Shown: one piece after another, positions 37,631 to 49,486 of the stretch
How the letters are laid out: each line of letters opens with the position of its first letter
Position numbering within the stretch: position 1 is the first letter of the stretch
NCBI GenBank assembly: GCA_002633005.1
Contig: NMRA01000215.1
Span: forward strand, 72,690-136,689
Reading direction: 5' to 3'
Source: Phoronis australis
Taxonomy: Eukaryota; Animalia; Phoronida
DNA: 64,000 bases
Program-made: the position numbers and the translations under genes
The notes under the pieces: model-generated
Seen by the model: only the letters and a program-made list of their open reading frames with translations
What the model was told of the DNA's origin: nothing
Databases searched by the model: none

Positions 37631-37931
37631 GTAGGAACACTTTTCAATTGGTTTTGAATACCCAATCCTTGTCTCATAGGATTACTTTTTAACTGCAAAA
37701 AATTCTTACTTTTACTCACAAATCTGCGTGAATAGTAAGTTTTCTCTGCTGTAATATGGCACTGTAAGTGGGTGGAGTAAATGTTCATTTGTTTTTGGTG
37801 AATGGTTTAGGATGAAGTGAATTGGGTTCAGACCTGTCTAGGTGGAAATCTGACCCAAAATATCGTCTTTGGTAATCGATTTCTATCCCTANTAATGTCA
37901 AAAAAGCAAATTAAAGTGTTTGTTCTTGCAG

Positions 37932-38021
37932 AGCCGTAACCCTGACTACGTGAGGGTTAGCCAAATGATGTTGGATTTGATCGATGCCAGGCGACAGATA
38001 ATGTCTTCCAAACTCACCACG
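37932..38021 (+). CDS. DOCK1: DOCK exon 5, copy 2 (allelic duplicate)
   Basis: Same sequence and splice sites as 36543-36632. Confidence 0.85.
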
Positions 38022-38059
38022 GTAGGTGACTAGTCTTAAGTGATTTTTTTTTCGCTAGA

Positions 38060-38690
38060 AGCAGTAAGTTGTGTCCAGTTCCAAAGGTGCAGGTAATATT
38101 CACGCTTTTGACCAACGCTTTTGGAGATAAAATCAGATCCATAGTTAAGTCGTCTACTTGTAGGTGTAAGTTCATTTGGCTGGACTTGAGGCTTCATCAC
38201 ACCAAACTCTGAACATTTTGATGAAACGGGTTGGACTGAGCATAAATTAGCAATTTTGACCAAAAACACGTCTCGAATGTGAAGCCGTTCACAGATTGTT
38301 CAATGCTCATTTGCTTCCCACTGGGTTTTCATGTTTTTCGAGATTGTACTGAAAATGGACTTGGTGTAACAAGGTACGTAGCGGTCCGACCTGAGTATTC
38401 ATAGCCATTATTAGCACCACTATGTGCAGGGATACTCGTGTTACTGCTGGAAATGGGATGATATGTAAATGCACCACTTGAAGACATAATGTGTTTTTGT
38501 TGCAATTTAGAATCTGTAGAAGATGAAGTACATTTTATTTTTGTGTGTTGCTTATATAGTTCACTAAGAGATGACCAGTTTCACAGTATAGTACAGTTCA
38601 GTCAGATTTTTAGAGTAGGGAAACTTAATATGTTCGTAAAAATTAATACAGTTTTACGTATGTTTCGATTAATCAGTGTGCGCTAACAAC
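38060..38690 (+). mobile_element. Decayed non-LTR retrotransposon (LINE) ORF2 3' end; allelic copy at ~36670-37100
   Basis: From 38408: LLAPLCAGILVLLLEMG*YVNAPLEDIMCFCCNLESVEDEVHFIFVCCLYSSLR matches the LR.G...L.IETGRY...R.C..C...VEDE.HF...C..Y..LR C-terminal CCHC motif; in-frame stop; boundaries approximate. Confidence 0.8.
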
Positions 38691-38925
38691 AGATGCACCC
38701 ATTGTTTTCTCCTGGAGAGTTGGAAAGGATTATTAATGTTGGTCAGGTCCTTAGCATACTAAACAATTTTTGCTTAGTACATTACACAATTAAGTAAATC
38801 TGACTTTGTTGTTATTAATTTAATTTTGACATTTCATTTCATTTGACTGGGTCCAGAATGTCAGAGTGACATCATACTAAACAGTCGCATGGCTAATGAA
38901 TATCACGTGTCACTTTTGTTTTCAG

Positions 38926-38981
38926 GAACAACTGAAAGAACTTCAACAGAAAGCCACTGCCAAGATAGACATGGGAAATAC
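38926..38981 (+). CDS. DOCK1: DOCK exon 6, copy 2 (allelic duplicate)
   Basis: Same coding sequence as 37575-37630. Confidence 0.85.
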
Positions 38982-39901
38982 GTAGGAACACTTTTCAATT
39001 GGTTTTGAATACCCAATCCTTGTCTCATAGGATTACTTTTTAACTGCAAAAAATTCTTATTTTTACTCACAAATCTGCGTGAATAGTTATGTTTTCTCTG
39101 CTGTAATATGGCACTGTAAGTGGGTGGAGTAAATGTTCATTTGTTTTTGGTGAATGGTTTAGGATGAAGTGAATTGGGTTCAGACCTGTCTAGGTGGAAA
39201 TCTGACCCAAAATATCGTCTTTGGTAATCGATTTCTATCCCTAACCTCCGTTTAATAATCACCTCCTGGTGAAAGTTATGATATTAGAAGCTATTCCAAA
39301 AATATGTCTGTATGATCAATTTTAAATCCTTTTTGTCTGCTAGAGATGCGATACAAAATTGAAAATAAGTTATTGACATAGATTTGTTTTATAAAAGAAT
39401 AAGAAAAAAATCAAGAAATTTAGGTGCAAACTGCCACATCATTTTGTCAAAAACCTTGGCATTGGTGTTCCTCCTAGAGAAAATGATTGAGTGACAACAC
39501 TGGATCATGATTGACAACAATTTTAATGACACTTTTAGCCTGGTTCAAAATTAGAGAATGTTCAGGGAGCAATGGCCACTGATCACGTGAGATCGGTGAG
39601 TCGTATCGCAACCTGGCGGTACCAGAAGGTATTACTTCTTCGCAGCAGGTGGCGTATTGGAAACGTTTTGACTTTGCGCACTACATACTGTGTATGTGAT
39701 GCATTTTTAAAAAAGATAAATTGCCTTCTCGTCCTTTAGAGGACACTAGTATTCAGTCCCATGTGATGGCCACGCTCTTATTTGAAGTCTCCCACTGTGC
39801 CAAGAAATTTCATTTATAGGATATGGTAGTTAACGAAAACTGGTGTCAATATTTGAAAGTTTTATCTATACCTAGATGTCATGCTGTTCTTGTTTGTGCA
39901 G

Positions 39902-40025
39902 TATACTGGAGTTAGATCTGGTGGTACGAGATGAAGATGGGGACATACTCAAACCTGAAGAGACTGGAACCATCCGAGTGTTCCGTCAACACGAGCTAGC
40001 CACGCAGAGGATAAAAAGGGAATCG
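39902..40025 (+). CDS. DOCK1: DOCK exon 7
   Basis: tgcag|..|gtatgt, 124 nt; [41 protein letters not shown]. Confidence 0.96.
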
Positions 40026-40688
40026 GTATGTCCATATCGTAATGTCATGTATATAGACGAACATTTGTGTTATTGGTCAGCATTGATTCTATCCATCAAG
40101 CTTTCATCAACGTTTCGTGGAGTTAGGGTCCGAGAATGCTATGGAAATTAAAACATATATTGCCAGAAATAAGGTTTCAATCTTGGCAGTTTTTGCTATG
40201 TGCAAAAAGTTACTTTTGCGTTGTGTTCTGTTTGAACCCACCTCAGCCACTTTGAACGAGTTCGTGATTAGCTAGTGGGCAACCTAGTTCACAGTTGTCC
40301 CATAGTTCCACCAAAATACTCTTGCGATTTTCACTAGACTTGTGTTCGAAATATACGCTCTAAGGAGGAAACGGGCTGTGGCTTGCAATTAGCTTGGGTT
40401 TTGATACAACAGAAATGGCCATGAAACGCTTCATCATCATCGGGAGTAGTTTTTGATGATTCATGTGGCAAGGATTGTTACTAAGAGGGTGTACATGTGA
40501 ATTTTTGACGGGGAAGATAAAGTTTGGTTATCAGTCAGCACCTGTCCTGGTGAAGCTATGTACTGAGAGGGGGTGAACAACAATGTTGAAAGGCGTTGAG
40601 GCAGTTTTTGTAAATATATGATTACTTACCCATTATTCTAGGAAAGAAACTGGTTATCCAAGTTCAGGACCCCTGTAAGTGTCCATGA

Positions 40689-40767
40689 TTTATTGAACTA
40701 TAAGAATACCAAGGGAAGAAAGCAACACTTTTATTGAACTATAAGAATAACAAGGGAAGAAAGCAAA
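40689..40767. repeat. Two-copy ~42-bp tandem repeat
   Basis: tttattgaactataagaata(c/a)caagggaagaaagcaa twice. Confidence 0.85.
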
Positions 40768-41195
40768 GTGTTTATTTTGAACTCGTGTGACAACTAATGA
40801 CACAGTAGTTGTTATTGCTGTGCACTTTCTTACTTCCCTGATGTTAACGTATCTACAAAACTTATAATGGTCGACCACAGCAGTGTGTGCAATGTAAATG
40901 GATAGATGGAAAGACTCTCGTTTCCCTCTTTTCTTTAAAATGTGTACATACTGTTTAGTCTTCATGTCTTTGTTTCCTATATTGATCACCAGGAGTCGCA
41001 GCACGAAGAGGTAGGTCTCTGTGTGTTGTTCAGCAGCCAATAGAAAATGTTTGGCGCAGCGTAGCCTGCTATTGCGTTATTTGCTTTCGTAGGCTAGTCT
41101 CAGAGTCATCTTTGGCTTCTTGTTTGTCTTATTTGTTGTATAAATAGGATGTTATGGGTATCTTCATTTCCAATATTCGTCAGTTTTCAGTGTCA

Positions 41196-41511
41196 AAACA
41201 AGAGCAACGCGGAGCGTTGAAATGCGTCCACGAATGCATTGCAAATGGTGTGCTTTTAGGGTTATTTATTTGTATCATAAAAAGTGGCCACTAGATGGCG
41301 CAAGACGTACAATCCATTCAAAAACAGGAACATGCCATATTTCATAAAAATCTGTTAAGGAACTTAGTCAGAGAAACAAAAGAAAACAGAATAAAATGAA
41401 ATTGCCACTTGTGGGCACAGTGTCCATTGGTTCTGCCGTACGGACGCCGCGCGGACGGGTGGACGGAGATGACGGCATAATGCGTCCACATATAAATATG
41501 TGGGCGCATAA
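41196..41511 (-). mobile_element. Helentron/DINE-1-like non-autonomous element (short copy)
   Basis: On minus: ttatgcgcccacatatttatatgtggacgcat palindrome, GTCC microsatellite, 3' gtggacgcatttcaacgctccgcgttgctcttgtt stem-loop. Confidence 0.75.
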
Positions 41512-41799
41512 CTAGGGCAGACTGATAAATATCGGAGAAAGCACCCGTAAAATAACAACATCTTGTCAGTCCGGTATTGGCGAATTGGAGAACATGCATC
41601 ATCAATAGCTTAAGTCTGCTTTGTAATTTGTCTTCACGCCATTTTGTGGACACTGACATGTCTCGCGGTACATCTGTGAAAGATGCCATTGGTTTGTGTA
41701 CGTAGTGCAAATAACCCAGCTGCACAAGCACAGTGATAAATGCACAAATTTATTTCCATACCCTCACTCTTGTGCAGCCCTAGCCAAAAACACATTGTG

Positions 41800-42253
41800 T
41801 TAAGGTTATAGAGGACCTTATCAACTTGTCTGTGAATTTAGCCAGATATCTTTAAAGCTGTAGCTTTTAACTCCATGAACGTATATGTTTTCTGTGGAAT
41901 TTGATTGCCAATTTCATATTAAATGGGTCACGTGACCATGACTTTTTAGTAAAAATATTAGAAAAAAAGGTACTCCCATAGCAGAACAAAGACATCAATA
42001 TAATGGCTAAATTTCATTCGATATCAATGTTCATGATGAAATCTCAAAACTGCTGTTGCAATTTTACTGCAACTTTTGATTTTTTTCATAAAAATATAAT
42101 GGAAGTCATATTTTTGATAGCCCCTCACGCAGAAGTGCATAAAGCATGATATCTTAAAATTTCATACAAATCCAATCAGTCATTTCTGTAGAGATATGAT
42201 GTTTCAAAGTTTGCCAAATTTGGACATTTTTATAGGGTCCTACATCACCTTAA
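41800..42253. mobile_element. TTAA-flanked (Kolobok-like) MITE family D
   Basis: ttaaggttatagaggacc ... ggtcctacatcaccttaa; internal gatagcccctca...aatccaatcagtcattt shared with ~7820-8000, ~18950-19020, ~22720-22890; related end at ~58108. Confidence 0.7.
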
Positions 42254-43366
42254 TCAGTCACTTGAAATTTGTGTTAACTTGTCGTGTAGTCTCGAGAATA
42301 ACCCGCGAATTGTTAGTTAGTGTTACTAGGAAGACATAAGGATCATGACATTCGTGTGTTCCTGTTGTCAACCTTGGGTGGAAAGTGTGGTTGTGTCTCT
42401 CCCCTAGCGACTAGTCCAAATTGCAGACCAGCAATGTAGCGGTGTCCTATTCACTTACACTGTAACATTGTTCAAGCTGGTAAATCCTAAAAATGCAACT
42501 ATTTAAAACCTGAAGCTCATACCTTAGCATCTGTGAATCCTACTGATCACGTTTGTTTCTAGATAACTGCTGATTTTCTCCCAGTGTAATTTCCCGTAGA
42601 GATGAGGCAAGATTTAGAATCAAGAGGGGGAAAACTCCTTGACTTCCCGAGTACAGTGACGTCACACTTTCCGTCCACGTTGTCTCTAATAATTTTGAAT
42701 TTGGAAGACGGGTGTTTTGTTGTGATCGGAGTTTGCCTTTGTGTGAGGGGCACATGTTTGTAATGTACTCACTAACATAACCGATTGTATATGGCTGCTA
42801 AAAGTAGAGTGGTTTGACGATATTGTTTGCTGTGCTTCAATGATGCAAGCTTGCTGTGTTCAAGTTTTGCTGACTATGACTTGGCTTACACAGTCATAAA
42901 AGTAAATGTCCTTATTTGATTGAGTGCATAAAAAATAGGGGATGCATGCAGTTATGTGGAGTAAATATTATGAAAGCAACTGGTTATCCATCTTCCAGTA
43001 GTGTTTGGGACAATGGTGGAGTTTTGGTGCGACGTGTGCAAAGTTTACAGCAGACTTTTGTCGTACACAAACATGTTGGAACCCTTACCAATATCTTCCA
43101 GTTATCATAACCCATTGTCACATCTATGAAGAGCAGATTCAAAGGACTTAACACTTTATTTGAATTTATATCTATTGTCTGATAACTAGGTAACTTGGAT
43201 CCAATCGAAGTGGGAAATGTTATCTGAAATAGGCAAAGTCAGACTCATCTGAAGGACCTAATGCAAGAATTAAAAAAAACAAATTGTGGAACTTTGTCCG
43301 AGTTATGGGAAGATCCGACGTATGTGAGATTTACTGATACTTTGTAAAATTCAGTTCTACTTGCAG

Positions 43367-43518
43367 TCCAAGGTGCTTGGGGCCCGAGGAAAGACCTACA
43401 AGTCAGGACGACACACCCTCAACTTGTTTGTGATTGTCCGAAATTTTGTGTGTCGCATCGGCGAGGATGCAGACGTTTTGATGACACTGTACGATGGCAA
43501 AGCTGGTCGGTTCTTTAG
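43367..43518 (+). CDS. DOCK1: DOCK exon 8
   Basis: tgcag|..|gtaggc, 152 nt; ..HTLNLFVIVRNFVCRIGEDADVLMTLYDGKAGRFF(S). Confidence 0.95.
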
Positions 43519-43669
43519 GTAGGCGATTGTTGTTTGAAGATCGCTTTCGAGTTAAGAAAATTTTTGTTTAATGTGTATTCTTAAAGCATCTTGATTTAGA
43601 CTACTTACTGCTTAAACTGGTCACAACTTGTTCCTTAGTCAGATGAGAAGTAGTTCTGGGCTTGGAAAC

Positions 43670-43910
43670 AACTGTGGTCGTGCATGGCACATAAAAGGAC
43701 TTCTAACCTGCAAAGCGTCTTGAATGAATTTCGCTGGACCTTTCAAGTTATTTTGGATATTACTTGTGGTCGTACGTAGCGCATAAAATGACTCAGTGAC
43801 AAGCCAACTGTTAGTTTGTTATTACTTGTGGTCGTGTCTAGCGCATAAACTGACTTCGTGACAAGCCAACTGATAGTATATTACTTGTGGTCGTGCATGG
43901 CGAAATACCG
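43670..43910. repeat. Degenerate ~60-bp minisatellite, 3-4 units
   Basis: tattacttgtggtcgt..gcgcataaa.tgact..gtgacaagccaactg recurs at ~43758, 43820 and 43879. Confidence 0.8.
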
Positions 43911-44199
43911 AACTCTCTGTCGGTTCTTTCTAAGCCCTAAGTCGTCGCTTATTTCAATACAACAGTCGTTGAGGCCAATTTCATACTGGTAAGTGGCCTA
44001 AATCAAAAGTTATTTTTGTTCATGGAAGGCAGGTTTATACGTCCAGCTTTATAGAACTGCACTTCTTTTTCAGTTACTGATTAAAAGTGAAATCAAGATG
44101 TTTGCTAATTAGGCCTATTGGAATTTCTTTACTTATGCTATCAGTTTCAGCATTCAATTAGAATAGAGATAACCTGTTTTTGATTCAAATGGAAGACGC

Positions 44200-44660
44200 T
44201 TTCGGATTCAATGAGGTTTGGTCAAACCAAGGTGTTATATATGTAGAAAGATTTATTTAGGTGTCTCGGTGTATCAGGGAGTGTTATCTTTGGGGTTGGC
44301 AATTGGACGTTGCAGATGTCTCTAAACTGAAATTCTGTAGGTTCTTTAAAGTTGATTATATTTGTGCAAATTTTCTGCGCTGTAAAAGCGTGTCATTTGT
44401 GACGTGACAAAATCTATTTATGGGAATTATCACCTTGTACAGTGTGGATGCCAGTTATACGTGGAACATAATTGAAAGAAATTGTATATTATGCAACAGT
44501 ATTGAAGGTGAATTTCACTTTTTGATGGAATGGGTGGCTTAGTGATATATTAGCTGTATTTGTTTTGGTATCATCCTGCTCGACACAAGTTCATAAAATT
44601 ATTAAGTAATCTTCATGAATCTACTATGAAGTTTGTACATTTGTTGTTGTGGCGAGTGAC
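44200..44660 (+). mobile_element. Second decayed LINE ORF2 3' remnant
   Basis: ~44470: IERNCILCNSIEGEFHFLME resembles the same C..C...EDE.HF motif; boundaries approximate. Confidence 0.6.
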
Positions 44661-44859
44661 ATTGCGTAACGTGACACACACTGCAACTGTACTTTCGTTT
44701 GAAATGGTGAAATTTTGGAAAGTTTGAGCATTCCTATGGTTTCTTGAATTGTTTAAAATTCTGGCTCGGCTTTGTGACAACGGGAATAGTCATGAACGGT
44801 AACGGAATATTTGGCAACAGGTCCTGCCGTCCATTTTAAACTGTGTTTTATTGCTTCAG

Positions 44860-44941
44860 TGAAAACTATGTCGTCAAATGGGGAAACCGAGGTATGCCGA
44901 AAGATTTGGAAATGCTGAATAATTTACAAGTATTGTTCACT
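44860..44941 (+). CDS. DOCK1: DOCK exon 9
   Basis: ttcag|..|gtaagt, 82 nt; [27 protein letters not shown]. Confidence 0.96.
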
Positions 44942-45979
44942 GTAAGTACTTCATAAACTTTGTGATGCAGCATTCACATGCTGTCTCATCAGAAGGCAGA
45001 TCTGTCGCCTGAAAAAATTTGCACTCATAAGATGTCTGATGAGCAGACAAATCTGTCTTCTTTCTATGAGACTATTACATTAAACATAACTAGTGGTTGG
45101 GCTTTGTTTGGCCATCTTCTGCTAAACAATATTACTTCACCATATAATCACTCAAGCTTCTCAATGCTTTGATTCTGGGGCCGAATATCCACCTCATTTC
45201 CCCTTAGAAAATTTTTAAAAAGCATTCGAAATTACCCCCTCGGGTCCAAAAATTACTGTCCAATGGTTGAAAAACTACCCTCAAGAATAGAATCATTTTT
45301 GTAAAATATAAATCTTGGCTACTTGAGGCATTGCTGATCAAGCGAAGGGAGGTAATTTGCCCCTCAACTAAAAAATCCTCCACCTTAGGTGGGCGATTAT
45401 CCTGTTGCTGTATAGAAACTGAGTGGTGTACACTCTTAGAGTAGTTGATAGACTGTTGGTCGGATGCCTTTGTGAACGCTGCTCTTGCCAGCTGACCTAC
45501 CACGTGATTCAAACATCCTACCTACTTTACAGAAATTCACACAGGAAGGCTGTGTTAGACTTTTCTGTCATTTTTGGTCCCCTGTCCGTGAGATATCCAT
45601 CAATGTTTAGCCATGACATTCTGTCCATTAACCCGTATGGGAGACGGTCAACAAGGTGGAGATTTTTGCCTCAATTTTGAATAAAATAGCAATGCTTACG
45701 CAGGTTCCAGTGATGTGACTCTATGATGTTGGTAGGTGGGCTAAGCTGTCACTGTGGTGCTCTTCTCCTATTTTGTAATGTCTGATGGCAGCAATAGGGG
45801 GCACATAATGTGCTAGTGAAACCTTTCTCTCTATTTAAAATAAGGCAATGCGATTTATTCATCTTACTGCCAAAACTTAGGTATGATAGATTAAACTAGT
45901 TTTTGTTACAATAATTTTGACAGTTTCCGAGTATTTGTACACGTGGTTTGTGTAATGTTCGCTCTTCACTGGTTTTCAG

Positions 45980-46043
45980 GACCTGGGAAGTAAAGATCTA
46001 CTTAGAGACAAAGTCGTCCTTGTCTGCCAAATCATTCGAGTGG
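45980..46043 (+). CDS. DOCK1: DOCK exon 10
   Basis: ttcag|..|gtgagt, 64 nt; DLGSKDLLRDKVVLVCQIIRV(G). Confidence 0.96.
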
Positions 46044-46352
46044 GTGAGTTGCTATTGCGTAACCATAGGTAATAGTTGGATTGGGACAGTTAACTGTGAT
46101 TTCATAAGCTGTCCTAACGGCTAAAACTTCTTTAAGTTTATGTAGGACCGTAGAAAAATGGGCAAATTTGCTAAGTTCGCAGATAGTATGCATTATACAC
46201 TGTTCTTCAAAATGCTGTGGAGGATTGTCTTTAAAATATCCCACTTTTGCATGAAGGACTATTAAAAAATGGGACTTTTATGATTTTATGAAAAAATTAA
46301 AAGTTGCATAAGACAAAAACGTAATGATAATTTTGAATATCGTAACACAGCA

Positions 46353-47436
46353 TTTTTATGCGCCCACATATTTATATGTGGACGCATTATGCCGTCATCT
46401 CCGTCCGTCCGTCCGGGCGGCGTCCGTCCGGCGTCCGCTGCTTTATCTCCAAAACCCTTTGACATACATTCATGAAATTTGGCACATATGTTCCATTCAT
46501 GAATGGGACGGCTTGTGTGAACTTTCGGACGGGTCCGACTACCGGTGTGCCCCCTAGTGGCAATTTTAGTTTTTTACGCTTACCTTTGTATCTTCAAAAG
46601 TCCTGAACGGAATTTCATGAAATTTGGTATGTAGGCACCTATTAGTGAGATAACGCCATCCTGCTGTTTTCAGATGGATTCGACATAGTTTGCGCCACCT
46701 AGTGGCCATTTTTAGTGTTTTCGAGTCTGTTTTTGTGTGTCCACCCCTCTATCAACCAAACCGCTCAAAGGATGATTGTGAATGAAAATTGGCATGTATA
46801 TGCTTACTATGTAGAGGACGGTTGACGATGATTTTCCGACGATTTCAACCACTGTGGCGCCTCCTAGTGGCAGTTTTTTTTTTGCGCCTATGGCTGTATC
46901 TCCTAAACCGTTCGCAGGATCGTTACGAAATTGTGTAAGTATATTTATATGATGTTAACAACAGACGATGACGACTTTTGGACGGATCCGCCTACCAGTG
47001 TGCCCCCNNNNNNNNNNNNNNNNNNNNNNNNNNNNNNNNNNNNNNNNNNNNNNNNNNNNNNNNNNNNNNTCATAGGTCTTCAGGTGTATACTTTGTGTTA
47101 CTTCGTGACTATGAAGGAAAAGTTCCAAGTAGAAATTTGTTTCTGGCATTCTAATGCTGTGCTAATCTCGTATGTTGGTAAATTTGTTTTTAATTCTATG
47201 TTTCTGTGGTGCTTTAAGCAACTGATGTATAGGATGTGCTTGTATTATGAAGATCACTCACATTTTGCCCCTAGCCTATTGAGGAGACAATGACCATGCC
47301 TTTCCATTTTGCAAAGTACAACATACTACATATATGCCCTCTACTGGCCACTTTATGGTACCAATAAACAACCCTAGAAGGATACCGTATACGGTGCAAT
47401 TGTGGGCGCATTTCAACGCTCTGCGTTGCTCTTGTT
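46353..47436 (+). mobile_element. Helentron/DINE-1-like element (long copy, spans gap 47008-47070)
   Basis: tttttatgcgcccacatatttatatgtggacgcat, (GTCC)n, internal ~150-bp repeats with atgaaatttgg/cctagtggc, 3' gtgggcgcatttcaacgctctgcgttgctcttgtt. Confidence 0.75.
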
Positions 47437-47690
47437 GATATTTCATTTTGAACATTTGACATTTCATTTGGTCGTGCTTCATTAAACACTGTTGATCTGC
47501 TATAAATGCAACTTTCTTGTTGCTAAAATTCACTAAAAACACGTGGTCATGTGACTGGATTCATGATATTTATTCCAAAATCAAATTCTACAATTGTCGT
47601 ACATTCAGAAAGTACATAACTTTCACCGAATTAAAAGTCAAAAGTTTTGTAGATGTTTGACTAAATACACAGACTTGTCGATAATGTCCT

Positions 47691-47773
47691 GAATAACCTT
47701 GAATAACCTTGAATAACCTTGAATAACCTTGAATAACCTTGAATAACCTTGAATAACCTTGAATAACCTTGAA
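47691..47773. repeat. (GAATAACCTT)8 perfect 10-bp tandem repeat
   Basis: Direct reading; ends ~80 nt before the exon 11 acceptor. Confidence 0.97.
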
Positions 47774-47851
47774 ATCAGTCAAGTTAGTTACACTGCATTA
47801 TTGCAGGTTTTACGCATGAAGAATCCTGATAACAGTTTGTCATTCTTGTAG

Positions 47852-47999
47852 GTGGTATGCACATAAACTACAGCGACAGTAAGAAAGCATCTACGAATAT
47901 TCGTCGGCCGTTTGGCGTGGCGGCCATGGACCTGACGGACATCTTTAAGGGTCAAGTGGAACCAGACATCGACAAGCAGTTCTTCATACCATTCCTACA
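47852..47999 (+). CDS. DOCK1: DOCK exon 11
   Basis: tgtag|..|gtaaaa, 148 nt; GMHINYSDSKKASTNIRRPFGVAAMDLTDIFKG...FFIPFL(Q). Confidence 0.95.
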
Positions 48000-48074
48000 G
48001 TAAAATACTTATGCCTTTTGAAGTTGAAATCAAATACAACTGCTCCTTTGTGAATACTATATTCACCAAGGCGT

Positions 48075-48429
48075 TTAAAGCCACTACCGATCATATTCTG
48101 ATGTTAAAGACTTAAAGACTTAAGTTACTTCACAGGCGTATTTTTTCTCTTCCAAACCAATGTTGTTCTTCATAATCTTTGTTTGAATTGAAATTGGTCA
48201 ACAGAAATCACCTGGGTTTTATTATCTAAACAGCTATACTGCCTTTGTGACTTGAACTAATCCGTCATGATGAGCAACTTAATAGGGGAGTTCTGACGCG
48301 ATAATATTTCAGTGTTCAAGTAAGGAACAACTCGATTTTATAACTATAGTGAGTGGCTTAAATCAAAAGTCGGTTTTAAACAAAAGGCCTGTGTTCATTG
48401 CCTCTCAAAACTGCAGTGGCGGGCTTTAA
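48075..48429. mobile_element. TTAA-flanked MITE family E copy
   Basis: ttaaagccact ... gtggcgggctttaa; contains agtggcttaaatcaaaagt shared with ~24150, ~43990, ~50740 (reverse) and ~59890 (reverse). Confidence 0.6.
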
Positions 48430-48882
48430 GCCAAAGTTCAACAACACATGAAAACCTGAAATTTAGGCGTGGTCACACATCTGTTTATCTTGGCTAATGG
48501 TTTGGCTTACCCTGCGCGTGTTTTATTGTCTTTTACAATAAAGTTTTCATTTTAGCATTTTGAAGCTGTGTATACTGTATAGCTCATGTTCACAATGTGC
48601 AAGTTTATCTCATTTTCTTTAGAGATTCAGGGAGCGTTATCGACAGTTTGCATTGCTGCTCTTGGGTTTTAATAAACGACTCGAAGTGCACTAGGTGGCA
48701 CCAGTGCAGCAAGAGTTGTATCCATAGAAATACGTGGAGCCAAATAGTCACATGGGATCGTTATCATGTTAAATTTACTGATGAACTGCTTCTCTCAATC
48801 TGTTCAGAAGTTAAAAATTATCTTTGCTCCTTAGCACCACCCGGTTGGATATCTAGTCTACCATTGTATCATTTATTTTAAG

Positions 48883-49085
48883 GTGCAGTGAGCGCGATTT
48901 CATGGACAGTGTTGTTCGGAGGGCAATTTCGTCGAATAACATTAACTCCAGGGGCCAGGGATTGTGGGTATCGCTACGAATGTTGTACGGCGACATGAAA
49001 CAGTGCCGCGAAGAGAACCCCCACCTTGTGGTGGGCACGACTGCTGTGGCCCGTAAAATGGGCTTCCCTGAAGTTATTCTTCCAG
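48883..49085 (+). CDS. DOCK1: DOCK exon 12
   Basis: taag|..|gtgaga, 203 nt; ..GQGLWVSLRMLYGD...VARKMGFPEVILP(G), the DOCK-A type signature. Confidence 0.96.
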
Positions 49086-49486
49086 GTGAGAATTGTCATC
49101 ATTTTGTACTTTAACTGTTGTTTGTGCAAAATTTACTGTAGAGGTCACTATTTACATCCTTTGTTGGACTAATTGGGTCAAGCTGAAATGGGAAACTTCA
49201 AATTGTATTTTTCAAGTTAACGGAGATGGGTCCTCCCGTTGGAGCATGGAATCCTCTTGATCATTTATCATTGCTCAGTGACAAGACATCATCATAAATT
49301 ATCATGATTATTGATAAGCTTTGCATGGTAAATCTTATCAACCATAAAGATAAATTCTTGTCATACCTGTAATGTGAATTCATAGAAGTGGTTGATTTGA
49401 ATTTCTATTCGAATCATTTGTCATAAATTAAAATATTAAAATTGCTTGTGTACCACGTTCAGCTGTTTTGTCTGTTTTTGTTACAG

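Larger units (their letters stand above)
36504..39243. repeat. ~1.35-1.39-kb tandem duplication split by a single N (probable uncollapsed haplotypes)
   Basis: 36504-37891 vs 37893-39243; N at 37892; copies differ by SNPs and two indels. Confidence 0.9.

Noticed and set aside
38489-38686. Cys-rich ORF as a zinc-finger gene
   Set aside because: It is the C-terminal CCHC remnant of a decayed LINE, with an upstream in-frame stop.
33442-38981. Mutually exclusive or tandemly duplicated DOCK exons
   Set aside because: Copies encode identical peptides, include flanking intron sequence and are joined by single Ns; uncollapsed haplotypes explain this better.
43670-43910. Repeat-spacer-like pattern that could suggest a CRISPR array
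   Set aside because: Units are degenerate along their whole length with no unique spacers, they lie in a eukaryotic intron, and no cas genes are present; it is a minisatellite.
47588-47782. ORF with repeated FKVIQGYSRL
   Set aside because: It is just the translation of the (GAATAACCTT)8 tandem repeat.
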